From contig JBBRRY010000005.1 of assembly GCA_038245905.1 (NCBI GenBank), forward strand, positions 1-64,000: 64,000 nucleotides of DNA, read 5' to 3'. The notes under the pieces were generated by a model. The model was not told the origin of the DNA and did no database searches. It saw only the letters and a program-made list of their open reading frames with translations. Origin of the DNA: Thermoanaerobaculia bacterium. GTDB lineage: Bacteria; Acidobacteriota; Thermoanaerobaculia; UBA5066. The translations under genes and the position numbers were made by a program. Positions 37,686-47,835 of this stretch are shown in pieces; within the stretch, counting starts at the first letter, position 1, and each line of letters opens with the position of its first letter.

Positions 37686-40600
37686 TCAGCGCCTCACCCA
37701 AACGGGCGACGACCACGCCTGCTCGCCGTCGGCCTGGGTGACGCGCACGTACCAGCTCGTCTCCCCCGACGCGTCCGGGGAATCCTGCACGGCGAAGGAA
37801 ACGCGCCGCGTATCCGCCGCGGGGAGCCACGTGACCCCCTGCGGGTCTTTCGGGTCGTAGAGGACGTACGCGCCATCCGGTGCGCCCGGCGTCTGGCGCA
37901 TCCGGACCGCCGCAAATGTGTCCCGGAGGTTCCGGACGATCTCGACGCGGTCGATCGCGGCGGTGCCCTCCACGCGGACCGCGAACGTGAGCGGCCCGTT
38001 CGATTTCAGAATCGAGCCCATCGGAGCGCCGTCCGCCGTGAACTCGAGGACGATCCGCGCGCCCGTCGTCGCGTAGTTCCGGCGGTTCCGGATCGCCTCG
38101 AAGATCGAGGCGCGGTCGAGCGTCTCGGCGAGGACGGCCGTGAGGCCGCCCTCCCCCGGCGAGAGATGATGCGTGTCGCTCGCCCCCATGGCGCCAACGT
38201 GGCGGCCGAGGCGAAGGGCGTCCTGGTACTGGTGGCCCGGCACCTGCCGCCGGCCCTCGCGCGGGTTGCCGTAGAACTCGTACCGCCCGTGCCATGAGGC
38301 GATCTCGAAGTTCGGCTCGAGGGCCTCGTCGTGCGGCGCGGCCGGGTTCCACCTGCCCCAGAGGGCGTGCCCCGTGTGGTGCGGTGACATCACGGCGTCG
38401 TGCTCTTTCGCGTGGCGGTAGAGCTTCTCGATCGTGTCGCTGTCCGGATCCGACGAGCGCAGCGTGCGGTCCGGCCCGTCGTCCTTGTAGAGAAGGACGC
38501 GGTGGCCGAACGCGGACCCCGCCGTCCACTCCCATCCCGAGAGGCTGACGAAGCGGCCGGGCGCGTCGAAGGCGGCCGCCGTCGCGCGGAGCTCGGCAAA
38601 CTCCGACGGCTGGAGGAGTCCCATCTCGGAGTGGTCGCTCACGACCGCGAAGTCGAGACCGAGGCGATCGCGTGAGAGCCAGAGAAGCTGATCGGGGAGA
38701 CCGGTCTTCGCGTCGGAAAGCACGCTATGGCTGTGCGGGTCGCCGAAGTAGACGTGCCAGCGGCCGCCTCCCGCCGTCGCCGTCCGCGGCTCCGGCCCCG
38801 CGGTGCGCGGCTCGAGGTCGGGCAGCGCGTCGAAGTGGTCGGGCGGCGCCGCCGCGATCTCCCCCGGCGTCCAGCCGTCTCGGGAGGCCGTGAGCCGCCC
38901 GAGGAAGACGACGTTGCGGCTCGAGTGCGTGTTGTAGGCGTCGACGTCGCCGCCCTCCACCTTTTCGCCCGGCTTCGGCAGCGCTTGCCCCTCCCACGCA
39001 AGCGCGAGGGACCCGTCGGGCGCAAGAGCCGCCGCGGGAAACTCGTCGCGGCCGGGCGAGAACGTCGTGAGGTGCAGCTCCGGCGACCAGCGTTGTCCGT
39101 CGTGGACGCGCGCCCAGAGGTCGAAATTGTGCGCGCCCGTCGCGTCCGTCCTCCAGACGATCCACGCGCGCCCCGCACCGTCGAGAAAGACGGATGGATA
39201 GTTCTGCGTCTGCTTCCAGTGCCAGTAGGGCTCCTCCGTGTCACGGACCGACTTGTCCACCATGCCGAAGCTGACCTGGCCCGGCAAGGCGGAGGGCGCG
39301 ACGCCGACCGGCGCCGCGAACACGCCGTCCTTGTACGTGCGGACGAAGGCGTCCCCGGAGTGCCGGTCGGCGCGGAAGAGGTCCGCCGAGTGGCCGCGCA
39401 TCGAGTTCCACGCAATCCAGAGCGTCCCGTCCTTCGCGCAGGCGAGGGATGGCGAGTCGTCGATCGCGGCGTCCGACGTCACCGGGACGGGCGCCTCGAG
39501 ACGGGGCGCCGCGCCTCCAGAAAGGCGCGCCCGCGCGACAAAGACGTCAAGGTTGCCGGTCCGCGTCGAGTCCCACGCGAGCCACATGCCGCCGTCCGGC
39601 GGAGCCGCGAGGGCAGGCCGCCGGTCAGTCCCGTCGCTCGCGATCCGCATGGGTGCGCTCCAGCCCGAGTCGCGCGCCGCGACGAGCGAGATCCCGAAGC
39701 CACCCCTCTTGAGGAACTCCCACGCGACCCAAAGTCGGCCTGTCGCATCCAGAGCCACTGAGGGATGCAAAGCGTCTTCCCCCTTCAAAGAAATCCTGTT
39801 CTCCGGCCCCCACCCGTCGCCGCCCCGCGCGCGCGAATAGACCGCCCAGCCGCCCTTTCTCTTGCCGTGCCAGAAGACCCGGATGCGTTTCTTCCCGTCG
39901 AGGACGAGCTTCGCGCCGGACTCCAGGCCCTCGCCGGCGTCGAGACGCTCCTCCTCCGCCCACGCGCTCCCTTTCCGACGGCGGACGACGACGCGGTCGT
40001 TTCCGCCGTCCGTAGACGTGTACGCGCACCAGAGGTCGCCCGCGGCGTCGAACGCGATGGACGGGTACTTGTCGAAACGCCCGGGCTTCGAGAGGGTCGC
40101 GACGCCGTCGAGAGCCGAGGGCGCCGTGGGTATTGGGACGAAGCGCCCGCCCGCTGGTGGCTCGACTCGTCCCGCTTCTCGCAGGAATTCCGCCACGACG
40201 TCCGAGAGGAGGACGCCACCGTCCGCGACCCCTGCCGCTTTCAGGAACGTCTGGTAGAGGTCGCCCCCCTGCGCGATGAAGCTGTTCGTCGCGACGCGGT
40301 AGGTTCGCGCGTCGTCGAGCGGCCGGCCGCCGATCCCCACCGAAAGAAGGCGCGCTCCCGGCGGATGCCCGAGGTCGTACGTGCCGGCCAGGCCCGAAAC
40401 CTGGATGAGACCCCGCTCGAGCGTAAGGCCCTGCTCGAGAAACTCGCGGATCTGCTTTCCCGTCAGCTCGAGGGTCACGAGGGAGTTCACGAACGGGAGC
40501 GCGTCGATCACGTTCGCGCGCGTGACGGGACCGGCGGGAAGGTCGGCCCGGAGCCCGCCCGCGTTCTCGAACGCGACCTCGGCACCCGATTTCAGGCGCA

Positions 40601-41681
40601 TGACGTCGGCAACGAAGTCCCCCAGCGAAGACTCGGCCCGGTAGTCGCGGACGAGGCGCTTCGTGAGCGTCCCCGCGGGCGCGCCGGCGGCTTTCCGGGC
40701 CTCTTCGCGATAGGGCGCGAAAAGTGCGACGACCGCCGGGTCGGGCGGCAGCTCGTCGGACCGCACCTCGAGGAGCTCGCCGCGGTAATCCGCGACGCGA
40801 CCGTTCCGGAGCTTGAGCTTCAGATACCCGAGGCGCGTCCCGTAGCCGTACGTCTGGACGATGAGCGTCCCCGTCTTCGGGTGGACGTAGGGTTTCTCGA
40901 TCCCGCGGTGAGCGTGGCCACCGACGAACACGTCGATCCCCGGGACGGCGCCCGCGAGCGCGATGTCCTCGGCGAAGTCACGCTGGACCTCGGGGCGCGC
41001 CTCGGCATCCGTCTGCATCGGGCCCGTCTTTCCCTGGTGGGCGAGCACGACGACGAGGTCGACCCTCGGGCGCAGCTCCTTCACGGCCGCGCGGACTTCC
41101 TCGACGGGGTCCGTGAAGTCCAGCGACGTGATGCCGGACGGGAGCGCGACGCTGCGCGCGTCCATTCCGATGATTCCGATGACGCCGACTCTCAGGCCGT
41201 CCCGCTCGAGAATCACCCAGGGCGGTGCGTAGCGCTTCCCCGTCGCCTTCTCGTAGATGTTCGCGCCGAGCACCGGGAACGAGGCTCCCCTCATGAGCGG
41301 CGTGAAGACGGCCGAGCCGTAGTCGAACTCGTGGTTCCCGATCGCCATCGCGTCGACCTTCAAGACGTCCCATAGGCGCATGAGCGCCTCGCCCTTCGTC
41401 AGGAACGAAAACGTCCCCGTGAAGAGGTCGCCCGAGTCGAACAGGAACGTCGTCTTCTCGCGTGCGCGGATCCGGTTGATCAGCGTCGAGAGCTGCGCGG
41501 CGCCGCCGAGCTGAGGCGAGCCCGGACGCCAGTAGGCCGGGATCGGATCGATCGCGGAGTGAAAGTCGTTCGTATAGAGGATCGTGACCTCACGCTCGGC
41601 GGCGGCAGGAGGTGCGGCAAGGGAGGAGGAGGCCAGACCCGCGGCGACGAGGAGGCATGAAGCGGCGCGCAGCGATTTCAT
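37686..41681 (-). CDS. Secreted fusion: 5'-nucleotidase + beta-propeller-like repeats + PHP-type (DUF3604-like) metallohydrolase
   Basis: TNDFHS, DSGD, GNHEFD, GGHAH, NAGGLR; repeats P.[IL]A.D..G..W.AW; GDPHSHS, VSDH, PHH, ASDTH. Confidence 0.85.
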   Translation of the reverse strand: MKSLRAASCLLVAAGLASSSLAAPPAAAEREVTILYTNDFHSAIDPIPAYWRPGSPQLGGAAQLSTLINRIRAREKTTFLFDSGDLFTGTFSFLTKGEALMRLWDVLKVDAMAIGNHEFDYGSAVFTPLMRGASFPVLGANIYEKATGKRYAPPWVILERDGLRVGVIGIIGMDARSVALPSGITSLDFTDPVEEVRAAVKELRPRVDLVVVLAHQGKTGPMQTDAEARPEVQRDFAEDIALAGAVPGIDVFVGGHAHRGIEKPYVHPKTGTLIVQTYGYGTRLGYLKLKLRNGRVADYRGELLEVRSDELPPDPAVVALFAPYREEARKAAGAPAGTLTKRLVRDYRAESSLGDFVADVMRLKSGAEVAFENAGGLRADLPAGPVTRANVIDALPFVNSLVTLELTGKQIREFLEQGLTLERGLIQVSGLAGTYDLGHPPGARLLSVGIGGRPLDDARTYRVATNSFIAQGGDLYQTFLKAAGVADGGVLLSDVVAEFLREAGRVEPPAGGRFVPIPTAPSALDGVATLSKPGRFDKYPSIAFDAAGDLWCAYTSTDGGNDRVVVRRRKGSAWAEEERLDAGEGLESGAKLVLDGKKRIRVFWHGKRKGGWAVYSRARGGDGWGPENRISLKGEDALHPSVALDATGRLWVAWEFLKRGGFGISLVAARDSGWSAPMRIASDGTDRRPALAAPPDGGMWLAWDSTRTGNLDVFVARARLSGGAAPRLEAPVPVTSDAAIDDSPSLACAKDGTLWIAWNSMRGHSADLFRADRHSGDAFVRTYKDGVFAAPVGVAPSALPGQVSFGMVDKSVRDTEEPYWHWKQTQNYPSVFLDGAGRAWIVWRTDATGAHNFDLWARVHDGQRWSPELHLTTFSPGRDEFPAAALAPDGSLALAWEGQALPKPGEKVEGGDVDAYNTHSSRNVVFLGRLTASRDGWTPGEIAAAPPDHFDALPDLEPRTAGPEPRTATAGGGRWHVYFGDPHSHSVLSDAKTGLPDQLLWLSRDRLGLDFAVVSDHSEMGLLQPSEFAELRATAAAFDAPGRFVSLSGWEWTAGSAFGHRVLLYKDDGPDRTLRSSDPDSDTIEKLYRHAKEHDAVMSPHHTGHALWGRWNPAAPHDEALEPNFEIASWHGRYEFYGNPREGRRQVPGHQYQDALRLGRHVGAMGASDTHHLSPGEGGLTAVLAETLDRASIFEAIRNRRNYATTGARIVLEFTADGAPMGSILKSNGPLTFAVRVEGTAAIDRVEIVRNLRDTFAAVRMRQTPGAPDGAYVLYDPKDPQGVTWLPAADTRRVSFAVQDSPDASGETSWYVRVTQADGEQAWSSPVWVRR

Positions 41682-41727
41682 GAGTGCGGAGTGTATCGGC
41701 GGGCGCGCCAACGCTGTAACATCAACC

Positions 41728-42405
41728 ATGCCGCCCCGGATCGACATCGTCTCGCTCCTTCCCGAGGGCCGCGTCTCGTGGGACGCGGCCTTCGCGCTTC
41801 AGAAAGAGGCCGAGGCGCGGGTGAAGGCAGGCGGACGCGAGACGCTCTTCCTGCTCGAGCACACCGACGTCATCACGGCGGGCCGCAACGCTGACCTCGG
41901 CGAGCTTCTGGTCTCCGAGGACCTCCTCTTGCAAAGAGGCGTCCAGCTTCGGATCACGGACCGCGGCGGCAAGCTCACATTCCACGGTCCCGGCCAGCTC
42001 GTCGTCTACCCGGTCCTCGACCTCTCGCATGGACTGCGCGACGTGCGGCAATACGTGCACGACCTCGAAGAGGTGCTCATCCGCAGCGCGGCCGACTTCG
42101 GCGTCGCGGCCGCGCGCAGCGCCGCACCGGAGCGATGGGCCTCGGTCTGGGTGGGAAACGACAAGCTCGCGGCGATCGGCGTCCATCTTTCGCGCTGGGT
42201 CACGACGCACGGCGCCGCCCTGAACGTCGCGACGGACCTGGCAAGGTTTTCGCTCTTTATTCCATGCGGGATCGCCGACGGCGGCGTAACGTCTCTTTCA
42301 GGAGAGAACCCGGGGAATACGCCGCCGGCCCTGCACGAGGTCGCAGACTGTTTCGTGAGCCACTTTCTCGAGGTCTTCGAAAGGGAGAAGGGTGACGCGC
42401 CATGA
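41728..42405 (+). CDS. lipB: Octanoyltransferase
   Basis: LEH..VIT.GR, DRGGKLTFHGPGQ, KLAAIG, HGAALN, PCG. Confidence 0.95.
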   Translation: MPPRIDIVSLLPEGRVSWDAAFALQKEAEARVKAGGRETLFLLEHTDVITAGRNADLGELLVSEDLLLQRGVQLRITDRGGKLTFHGPGQLVVYPVLDLSHGLRDVRQYVHDLEEVLIRSAADFGVAAARSAAPERWASVWVGNDKLAAIGVHLSRWVTTHGAALNVATDLARFSLFIPCGIADGGVTSLSGENPGNTPPALHEVADCFVSHFLEVFEREKGDAP

Positions 42406-43070
42406 CGGGACACGCAGACGGGGGGATCTACGAGCTTCTGACCGCGCGTATCGCGCCGTACACCGGAGAGGGCGAAACGCTGCAGTTCGACCGGATCGTG
42501 CGCGCTCCCGTGGACGACGAGACCGTCGGCCTCGTCGCGCAGGCGCTCGTGGACTCCGACTCGGACACGCGTCGTGCGGGGCTGTTCGTCTTCGCGGGCC
42601 TGCAGGACGAATCGCCGGCCCGGCTCGAACCGTTCCGGCCGCTTGCCGGAAAGATCCGCGATCTCCTCCTCGACGTCGAGCCCGCGGTTCGGTGCGACGC
42701 GCTGATGGCGTTTGCGTATTTCGATCCCGAGGATCTCCACGTGGCCGTGCGCGAGTTCCTCACGGACCCCCACGGCCGCAATCGCCTGCAGGCCGTGCGG
42801 ATCCTCGACGCCGAATGCAGCCCGAAGAACCTGTCCACGCTTCTCACGCTCGGCGTCGACCCGTACCACGAAGGCGCCATGAACCTCGCGGACGCGCGCG
42901 AATGGCTCGTCGTGCGCGAAGCCGCGCGCGCCGCCGTCGAGCACACGGTGGACACCCGCTTTCCCGCACGCCTGGAGGAGGAAGAGGTGGAAGGGGTCCG
43001 CTGCGTCTACCACGCGTGGGACCCCGTGTGGAAGTGGGCGGCGCGCGAGGGGATTCGCGGCGCCGGCTAG
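42402..43070 (+). CDS. HEAT-repeat-like hypothetical protein
   Basis: L.D....VR..A repeats; ATGA-coupled to lipB. Confidence 0.65.
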   Translation: MTGHADGGIYELLTARIAPYTGEGETLQFDRIVRAPVDDETVGLVAQALVDSDSDTRRAGLFVFAGLQDESPARLEPFRPLAGKIRDLLLDVEPAVRCDALMAFAYFDPEDLHVAVREFLTDPHGRNRLQAVRILDAECSPKNLSTLLTLGVDPYHEGAMNLADAREWLVVREAARAAVEHTVDTRFPARLEEEEVEGVRCVYHAWDPVWKWAAREGIRGAG

Positions 43071-43074
43071 GGCG

Positions 43075-43632
43075 TCACTTCGGCCAGAGCCAGCCGAAAA
43101 AGCCCGCGGTCAGGAGCGCGTAGATCAGGCCGTCGAACGCGCTTCGGAGCGTCGACGCCCAGGACTTCTTGTACCAGATCGACGCCTGCAGAAGCGCAAG
43201 GCTGTAGCCGTAGAACGCCGTGGCGCCCGCGAACCGGAAGACCTTCAGGTAGTGGGCGCCTGGTCCGAGGGCACGGCCGGAGATGTACGCGGCCGTGATC
43301 CCGATGAGGATGCTGTAAAGGAACCACTGTGTGAACTGCTTCCCCATGCCGAATTCGCCGCTGAACACGGTCATCATCGCCCGCGGCCCCGCCTTGAACT
43401 TCTCCTGGAACGCCGGATCCTTCCAGCCCTTCGCGCTCTCGGCGCACGGCACCATGTAATCGCCGGCCGGAATGTCGAGCTTGCGGACGATGGCCATGAA
43501 CTCGTCCTCGGCGGGGAGCTTCTTGTAGTCGGCGGCGTGGTAGCCGAGGAACATGTGGATGATCGAGCTCGTGATGAAGACGGCGACCGCCGAGAGCACG
43601 ATGGGCAGCCAGAGAGAAGCGATGGGCACCAT
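43075..43632 (-). CDS. Conserved membrane protein
   Basis: LWLPIVLSAV..., several TM helices, GGAGG RBS. Confidence 0.8.
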   Translation of the reverse strand: MVPIASLWLPIVLSAVAVFITSSIIHMFLGYHAADYKKLPAEDEFMAIVRKLDIPAGDYMVPCAESAKGWKDPAFQEKFKAGPRAMMTVFSGEFGMGKQFTQWFLYSILIGITAAYISGRALGPGAHYLKVFRFAGATAFYGYSLALLQASIWYKKSWASTLRSAFDGLIYALLTAGFFGWLWPK

Positions 43633-43697
43633 GGGGCCTCCTCCGTATTGAGATGAGTTCTCGGGCGGATCCTATCGCGTCCCGGTACACTCGGCCC

Positions 43698-44612
43698 GTG
43701 AGCGCGGACGCCCGCCCCCGCTACGGAATCACGCCCCGGCCGGATTGGCTGAAGGTGCACGTGCACGACAACGAGCTGTCGCGCGGCATCGCGGCACTCG
43801 TGGTGGACAAGCACCTCAATACGGTCTGCCAGGAAGCCCGCTGCCCAAATCTCTTCGAGTGCTGGGGAGTCGAAAAGACCGCCACCTTCATGCTCATGGG
43901 TGACGTCTGCACGCGGCACTGCGGCTTCTGCGCGGTCACACAGGGGGCCGGAAAGCCGCTCGATCCCGAGGAGCCGCGGCACGTCGCCGAGGCCGTCAAG
44001 ACGCTCGGAGTCCGCCACGCGGTCGTGACCTCCGTCAACCGCGACGAGCTGCCCGACGGCGGTGCCGCACACTTCGCCGCCACGATCAGAGAGATTCGGA
44101 GCCTCAGCCCCGGCGTCACAGTCGAGGTCCTCATTCCGGACTTCCTCGGGAGCGAGGCCGCGCTCAGGACGGTCCTCGACGAGGCGCCCGAAGTCTTGAA
44201 CCACAACGTCGAGACCGTCGAGCGCCTCTATCGCCGGGTGCGCCCGGACGCGATCTACGCGCGGTCGCTCGAGCTGCTCGCGCGAGCGGCGGGGAGGAGA
44301 GACGAAGAGAAAGAGAAGAAGAAGATTTTTTTGAAGGTGAAGAGCGGCTTGATGGTCGGCCTCGGCGAAACTCGTGAGGAGCTCTCTCGGGCGCTCAGCG
44401 ACCTGCGCGCGGCGGGTGTCGACGTCGTCACCGTGGGCCAGTACCTGCAGCCGCACGCACGGCGGCTCCCGATCGAGCGCTACGTCACCCCGCAGGAGTT
44501 CGAGGAGATCCAGAGAGAGGGAACGGAAATGGGATTCTCGAGGGTGGAATCAGGGCCGCTCGTGCGGTCTAGCTATCACGCGAGAAGGGCGCTTCCCCCT
44601 CCTACCTTCTAA
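43698..44612 (+). CDS. lipA: Lipoyl synthase
   Basis: CQEARCPNLFEC, CTRHCGFC, VRSSYHA. Confidence 0.97.
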   Translation: MSADARPRYGITPRPDWLKVHVHDNELSRGIAALVVDKHLNTVCQEARCPNLFECWGVEKTATFMLMGDVCTRHCGFCAVTQGAGKPLDPEEPRHVAEAVKTLGVRHAVVTSVNRDELPDGGAAHFAATIREIRSLSPGVTVEVLIPDFLGSEAALRTVLDEAPEVLNHNVETVERLYRRVRPDAIYARSLELLARAAGRRDEEKEKKKIFLKVKSGLMVGLGETREELSRALSDLRAAGVDVVTVGQYLQPHARRLPIERYVTPQEFEEIQREGTEMGFSRVESGPLVRSSYHARRALPPPTF

Positions 44613-44624
44613 GAAATCCCTCTT

Positions 44625-44858
44625 CTACTCCCCGTCGTTCCCGATCGCCTCGACCGGGCAGGAATCCATGGCCTCCTGGCACTGGGCCTCTTCTTCGGAG
44701 GTCTCCGCCTGTTTCATCACGTACGAGAAGCCCTTGTCTTCCTGGCGCGTGAAATTGGCCGGCGCGGTGACGCGGCAGACGTCGCAGTCGATACACTGCG
44801 TGTCGACGTAAAATTTTCCGGGCGCGTTTTCCTCGTAGCGGTCGTCTTTGTTCGCCAT
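44625..44858 (-). CDS. Ferredoxin
   Basis: CIDCDVC...CPVEAIG. Confidence 0.92.
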   Translation of the reverse strand: MANKDDRYEENAPGKFYVDTQCIDCDVCRVTAPANFTRQEDKGFSYVMKQAETSEEEAQCQEAMDSCPVEAIGNDGE

Positions 44859-44921
44859 CGCAGTGAAAGATAACATGCTGGAATCGGGACTCACTCATCA
44901 GGTTGCATCATTTTAGAGCCC

Positions 44922-45590
44922 ATGACTCCGCGCCGACTCCTCCCACTCTTCCCGCTCGGGAACGTCCTCCTGCTCCCGGAGACAGTCCTTCCCCTCCACA
45001 TCTTCGAGCCCCGCTATCAGGCCATGCTCTCGGACGCGCTCGCGGGCGAACGGCTCCTCGGTATCCAGCTCCTGAATCCGTGGGGTCCCCCAGACGACGC
45101 GGGCCGGCCGGCCGTGTTCGCGGTGGGCTGCGCGGGCGAGGTCGTGGAGCACGAACCGCTCGAGGACGGCCGCTCTAACATTCTCCTCCGGGGCACGTTT
45201 CGGTACCGGATCTCCGGCGAGCGCGACACGCCCACGCCCTACCGGGTGGCCGAGGTCGCCCCCCTTCCGATGCAGCCGCTCCCGACGGACCCCGCCCGAC
45301 CCTCCCGGCTCGAGCTGCGGCATCTCCTTGCGAAGAGCGTGGAGCGCCTCGCGGACTCCGTTGGGCGCGCGCACTCGCGCTCGCTGCCTCCTGAGCTTTC
45401 GGACGAGGGGTTCGTGAACGAGGCTCTCACCCGGCTCGGGCTGGACGCTGAAGAAGGCTATCGCGTGCTCGTGATGGACCGCCTCGAGGAGCGCTACGAC
45501 TGGGCGCTCCAACACATCGTCGGAGTCCAGAAGCGGCTCGATTTTCTCGCGCCGTTCCGGCGGCCCGGGCTCGACCCCCGCTGGAACTGA
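44922..45590 (+). CDS. Lon protease N-terminal-domain protein
   Basis: LPLFPL, LPLHIFEPRY, DGRSNI. Confidence 0.9.
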   Translation: MTPRRLLPLFPLGNVLLLPETVLPLHIFEPRYQAMLSDALAGERLLGIQLLNPWGPPDDAGRPAVFAVGCAGEVVEHEPLEDGRSNILLRGTFRYRISGERDTPTPYRVAEVAPLPMQPLPTDPARPSRLELRHLLAKSVERLADSVGRAHSRSLPPELSDEGFVNEALTRLGLDAEEGYRVLVMDRLEERYDWALQHIVGVQKRLDFLAPFRRPGLDPRWN

Positions 45591-45604
45591 GGGAGAATGC
45601 CAGC

Positions 45605-45964
45605 ATGACGCATCCCATGACGACGACGACGTTCACACTGGACGGCTACCGGGTCACCCGCAACCTCGGCGTGGTGCGCGGCATCACCGTGCGCTCACGC
45701 TCGATCTTCGGCACGATCGGTGGCTCCCTCCAGACGATCGTCGGGGGAAACATCACGCTCTTCACTGAGCTCTGCGAGAAGACCCGGAACGAGGCCTTCG
45801 ACATGATGCTCGCGCACGCGCGGAACGTGGGCGCGAACGCGGTGATCGGCGTGCGCTATGACGCGACGGAGGTCATGCAGGGCGTCACGGAGGTGCTCTG
45901 CTACGGCACCGCGGTCGTCGTGGCGTCCGAAGGCACGGCTCCGCATCCCCCGCCGCTCGCCTGA
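45605..45964 (+). CDS. YbjQ/UPF0145 family protein
   Basis: LGVVRG, GANAVIGVRYD, YGTAV. Confidence 0.92.
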   Translation: MTHPMTTTTFTLDGYRVTRNLGVVRGITVRSRSIFGTIGGSLQTIVGGNITLFTELCEKTRNEAFDMMLAHARNVGANAVIGVRYDATEVMQGVTEVLCYGTAVVVASEGTAPHPPPLA

Positions 45965-46035
45965 GCCTTCGTCGCGATGACGAGGTTCCGGCCGCTGTCC
46001 TTCGACTCATAAAGCGCGCGGTCGGCGGCCGCGCG
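45965..46035 (-). pseudogene. Remnant of a GGDEF domain C-terminus
   Basis: Minus frame reads AAADRALYESKDSGRNLV (ADxALYxxKxxGRN). Confidence 0.55.
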
Positions 46036-46052
46036 CTCTTCATCCCGCACCG

Positions 46053-46280
46053 CTATTTCTTCGCGGCCTTCTTCTTCGGGACGGCCTTCTTCTTCGCGGC
46101 CGTCTTCTTGCCGCTCGCCTTCTTCGCCGCGGCCTCGAGCTCGGCCTTGGACTTGCGACGCATGTCCATCGCGTGCGCACGGCTGTACTGCTGGATGTCC
46201 TTGAAACGGCCCTCGGCGTCCCTCACGGCGTAGAGCTTCTTCCCCTTGCTCGAGTACATGGTCGTGCGGCGTGCAGGCAT
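46053..46280 (-). CDS. Small basic protein with Lys/Ala histone-like tail
   Basis: GGAGG RBS; KLYAVRD..GRFKDIQ; KKAAKK tail. Confidence 0.75.
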   Translation of the reverse strand: MPARRTTMYSSKGKKLYAVRDAEGRFKDIQQYSRAHAMDMRRKSKAELEAAAKKASGKKTAAKKKAVPKKKAAKK

Positions 46281-46336
46281 CGTTCCTCCAGCCCCGAAGG
46301 GCGCTTCGAACATGGCGCGACGGACGCGATCTTACG

Positions 46337-47827
46337 TCAGGCCTTCGACGCCGGCATCGCGCGGTCGTGCGCCCAGCTCTTGATGGCCTTGATCTGCTCG
46401 TCCATCGTCCGCGAGAGAGGTACGGTCGCCGTCAGCATCTTCGACATATCGTCCTCGTTCAGCTTCCGCCCCTGGTTGAAAGCCTCTACCGCGGCAGCCT
46501 GCACGGCGGCCTCGATCTCCGAGCCCACGAAGCCCTTCGTCGCCTTCGCGAGGAAGACGACGTCGAAGAGGCTCGGGTCGGACCCGACCTTCTTCAGGTG
46601 GACGTTGAAGATCGCCTTTCGCTCGTTCTCGTTCGGCAAGTCGAGAAAGAACACCTGGTCGAATCGGCCCTTGCGGATGATCTCGGCGGGTAGGAGGTGG
46701 ATGCGGTTTGCCGTCGCCGCGACGAACACGAGCCCCTGCTTTTCCTGCATCCACGTGAGAAACGTCGAGAAGATGCGTCCGAGCGAGGCGTCGCCTCCCG
46801 TGCTCGCCTCCCGGCCGCCCGTGATCGCCATCTCGATCTCGTCGATCCAGAGGAGCGCGGGCGAGAGCGACTCCACCGTGCGGAGGGCTCGTTGAAAAGT
46901 CTGCTCCGGATTGTCCGTGCCGAAAACGAGGTTCATGTCGAGGCGGAAGAGGGGCAGGTTCCAGAGAGCGGAGATGGCCTTCACGGAGAGCGATTTCCCG
47001 CAGCCCGACATCCCCATGAGGAGGATTCCCTTGGGCACCGGCATGCCGGCGTCGAGCGCCTCCTTCGTGAAGAGCTTCTTACGCTTCACGAGCCACTCCT
47101 TGAGGTTCTCCAGCCCCCCGACGTCCGCGAGAGTGAAGCGCGGCGGCACGAACTCGAGTACGCCGTCCTTGCGCGTCGCCTGCTCCTTCTCGGCGAGGAC
47201 CTCGAAGTAGGATTCTTCGTCGAAGACGGGCCGGCGCGAGAACACCTTCGAGACGACGTGCTCGGTCTCGTCCTGTGTGAGCCCCTTCAATCCCATGGCA
47301 AGGCGCTTCGCGTCCTCGTCCGAGAGGCCCTTCTCGCCGAAGTAACGCTTCCCGAGGTGGCCGAGGAGGAAAAGGATCTCGCTCTCGTCCGGAAGGTCGT
47401 AGTCGAGGACGTAGATCTCTTTCTTCAAGTCGTCGGGGATGACGAGACGCGGTGAGACGAGGATGAGAAACCGGCCCTTGCCCTTGAGCGCCCGGTAGGC
47501 GTCCCGGAGTCGCCGCACGACCTCCGGTTTGGCGACGAAAGCGGTGAGGTCCTTCATCAGGAAGAACCCCGGCCCGGCCGCCGCGAGGATCGCGTCGAGC
47601 GCCTTGAGGGGGTCCGCCGTGTCGGGCCAGCGCTCGGTTCCCGCCACGATCCCGTCGACGCAGCTCCAGATGGCGAACGGCACGGGCTTGTCGTAGAACT
47701 TTTGCGCGAGGGTCGCGACGGCGCGCTCGACGCGCCCTTCCTCCCAGGACACCACGTAGAGAAGCGGGTAGCCGCCCAGCAGGGCGCGCCGGATCCGCTC
47801 GGGTCCACGGACCGCTATTTCATTCAT
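46337..47827 (-). CDS. AAA+ ATPase (Ycf46-like)
   Basis: VGGLENLKEWL, GMSGCGKS, LWIDEIE, RKGRFD. Confidence 0.9.
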   Translation of the reverse strand: MNEIAVRGPERIRRALLGGYPLLYVVSWEEGRVERAVATLAQKFYDKPVPFAIWSCVDGIVAGTERWPDTADPLKALDAILAAAGPGFFLMKDLTAFVAKPEVVRRLRDAYRALKGKGRFLILVSPRLVIPDDLKKEIYVLDYDLPDESEILFLLGHLGKRYFGEKGLSDEDAKRLAMGLKGLTQDETEHVVSKVFSRRPVFDEESYFEVLAEKEQATRKDGVLEFVPPRFTLADVGGLENLKEWLVKRKKLFTKEALDAGMPVPKGILLMGMSGCGKSLSVKAISALWNLPLFRLDMNLVFGTDNPEQTFQRALRTVESLSPALLWIDEIEMAITGGREASTGGDASLGRIFSTFLTWMQEKQGLVFVAATANRIHLLPAEIIRKGRFDQVFFLDLPNENERKAIFNVHLKKVGSDPSLFDVVFLAKATKGFVGSEIEAAVQAAAVEAFNQGRKLNEDDMSKMLTATVPLSRTMDEQIKAIKSWAHDRAMPASKA

Positions 47828-47835
47828 TCCCGTGA

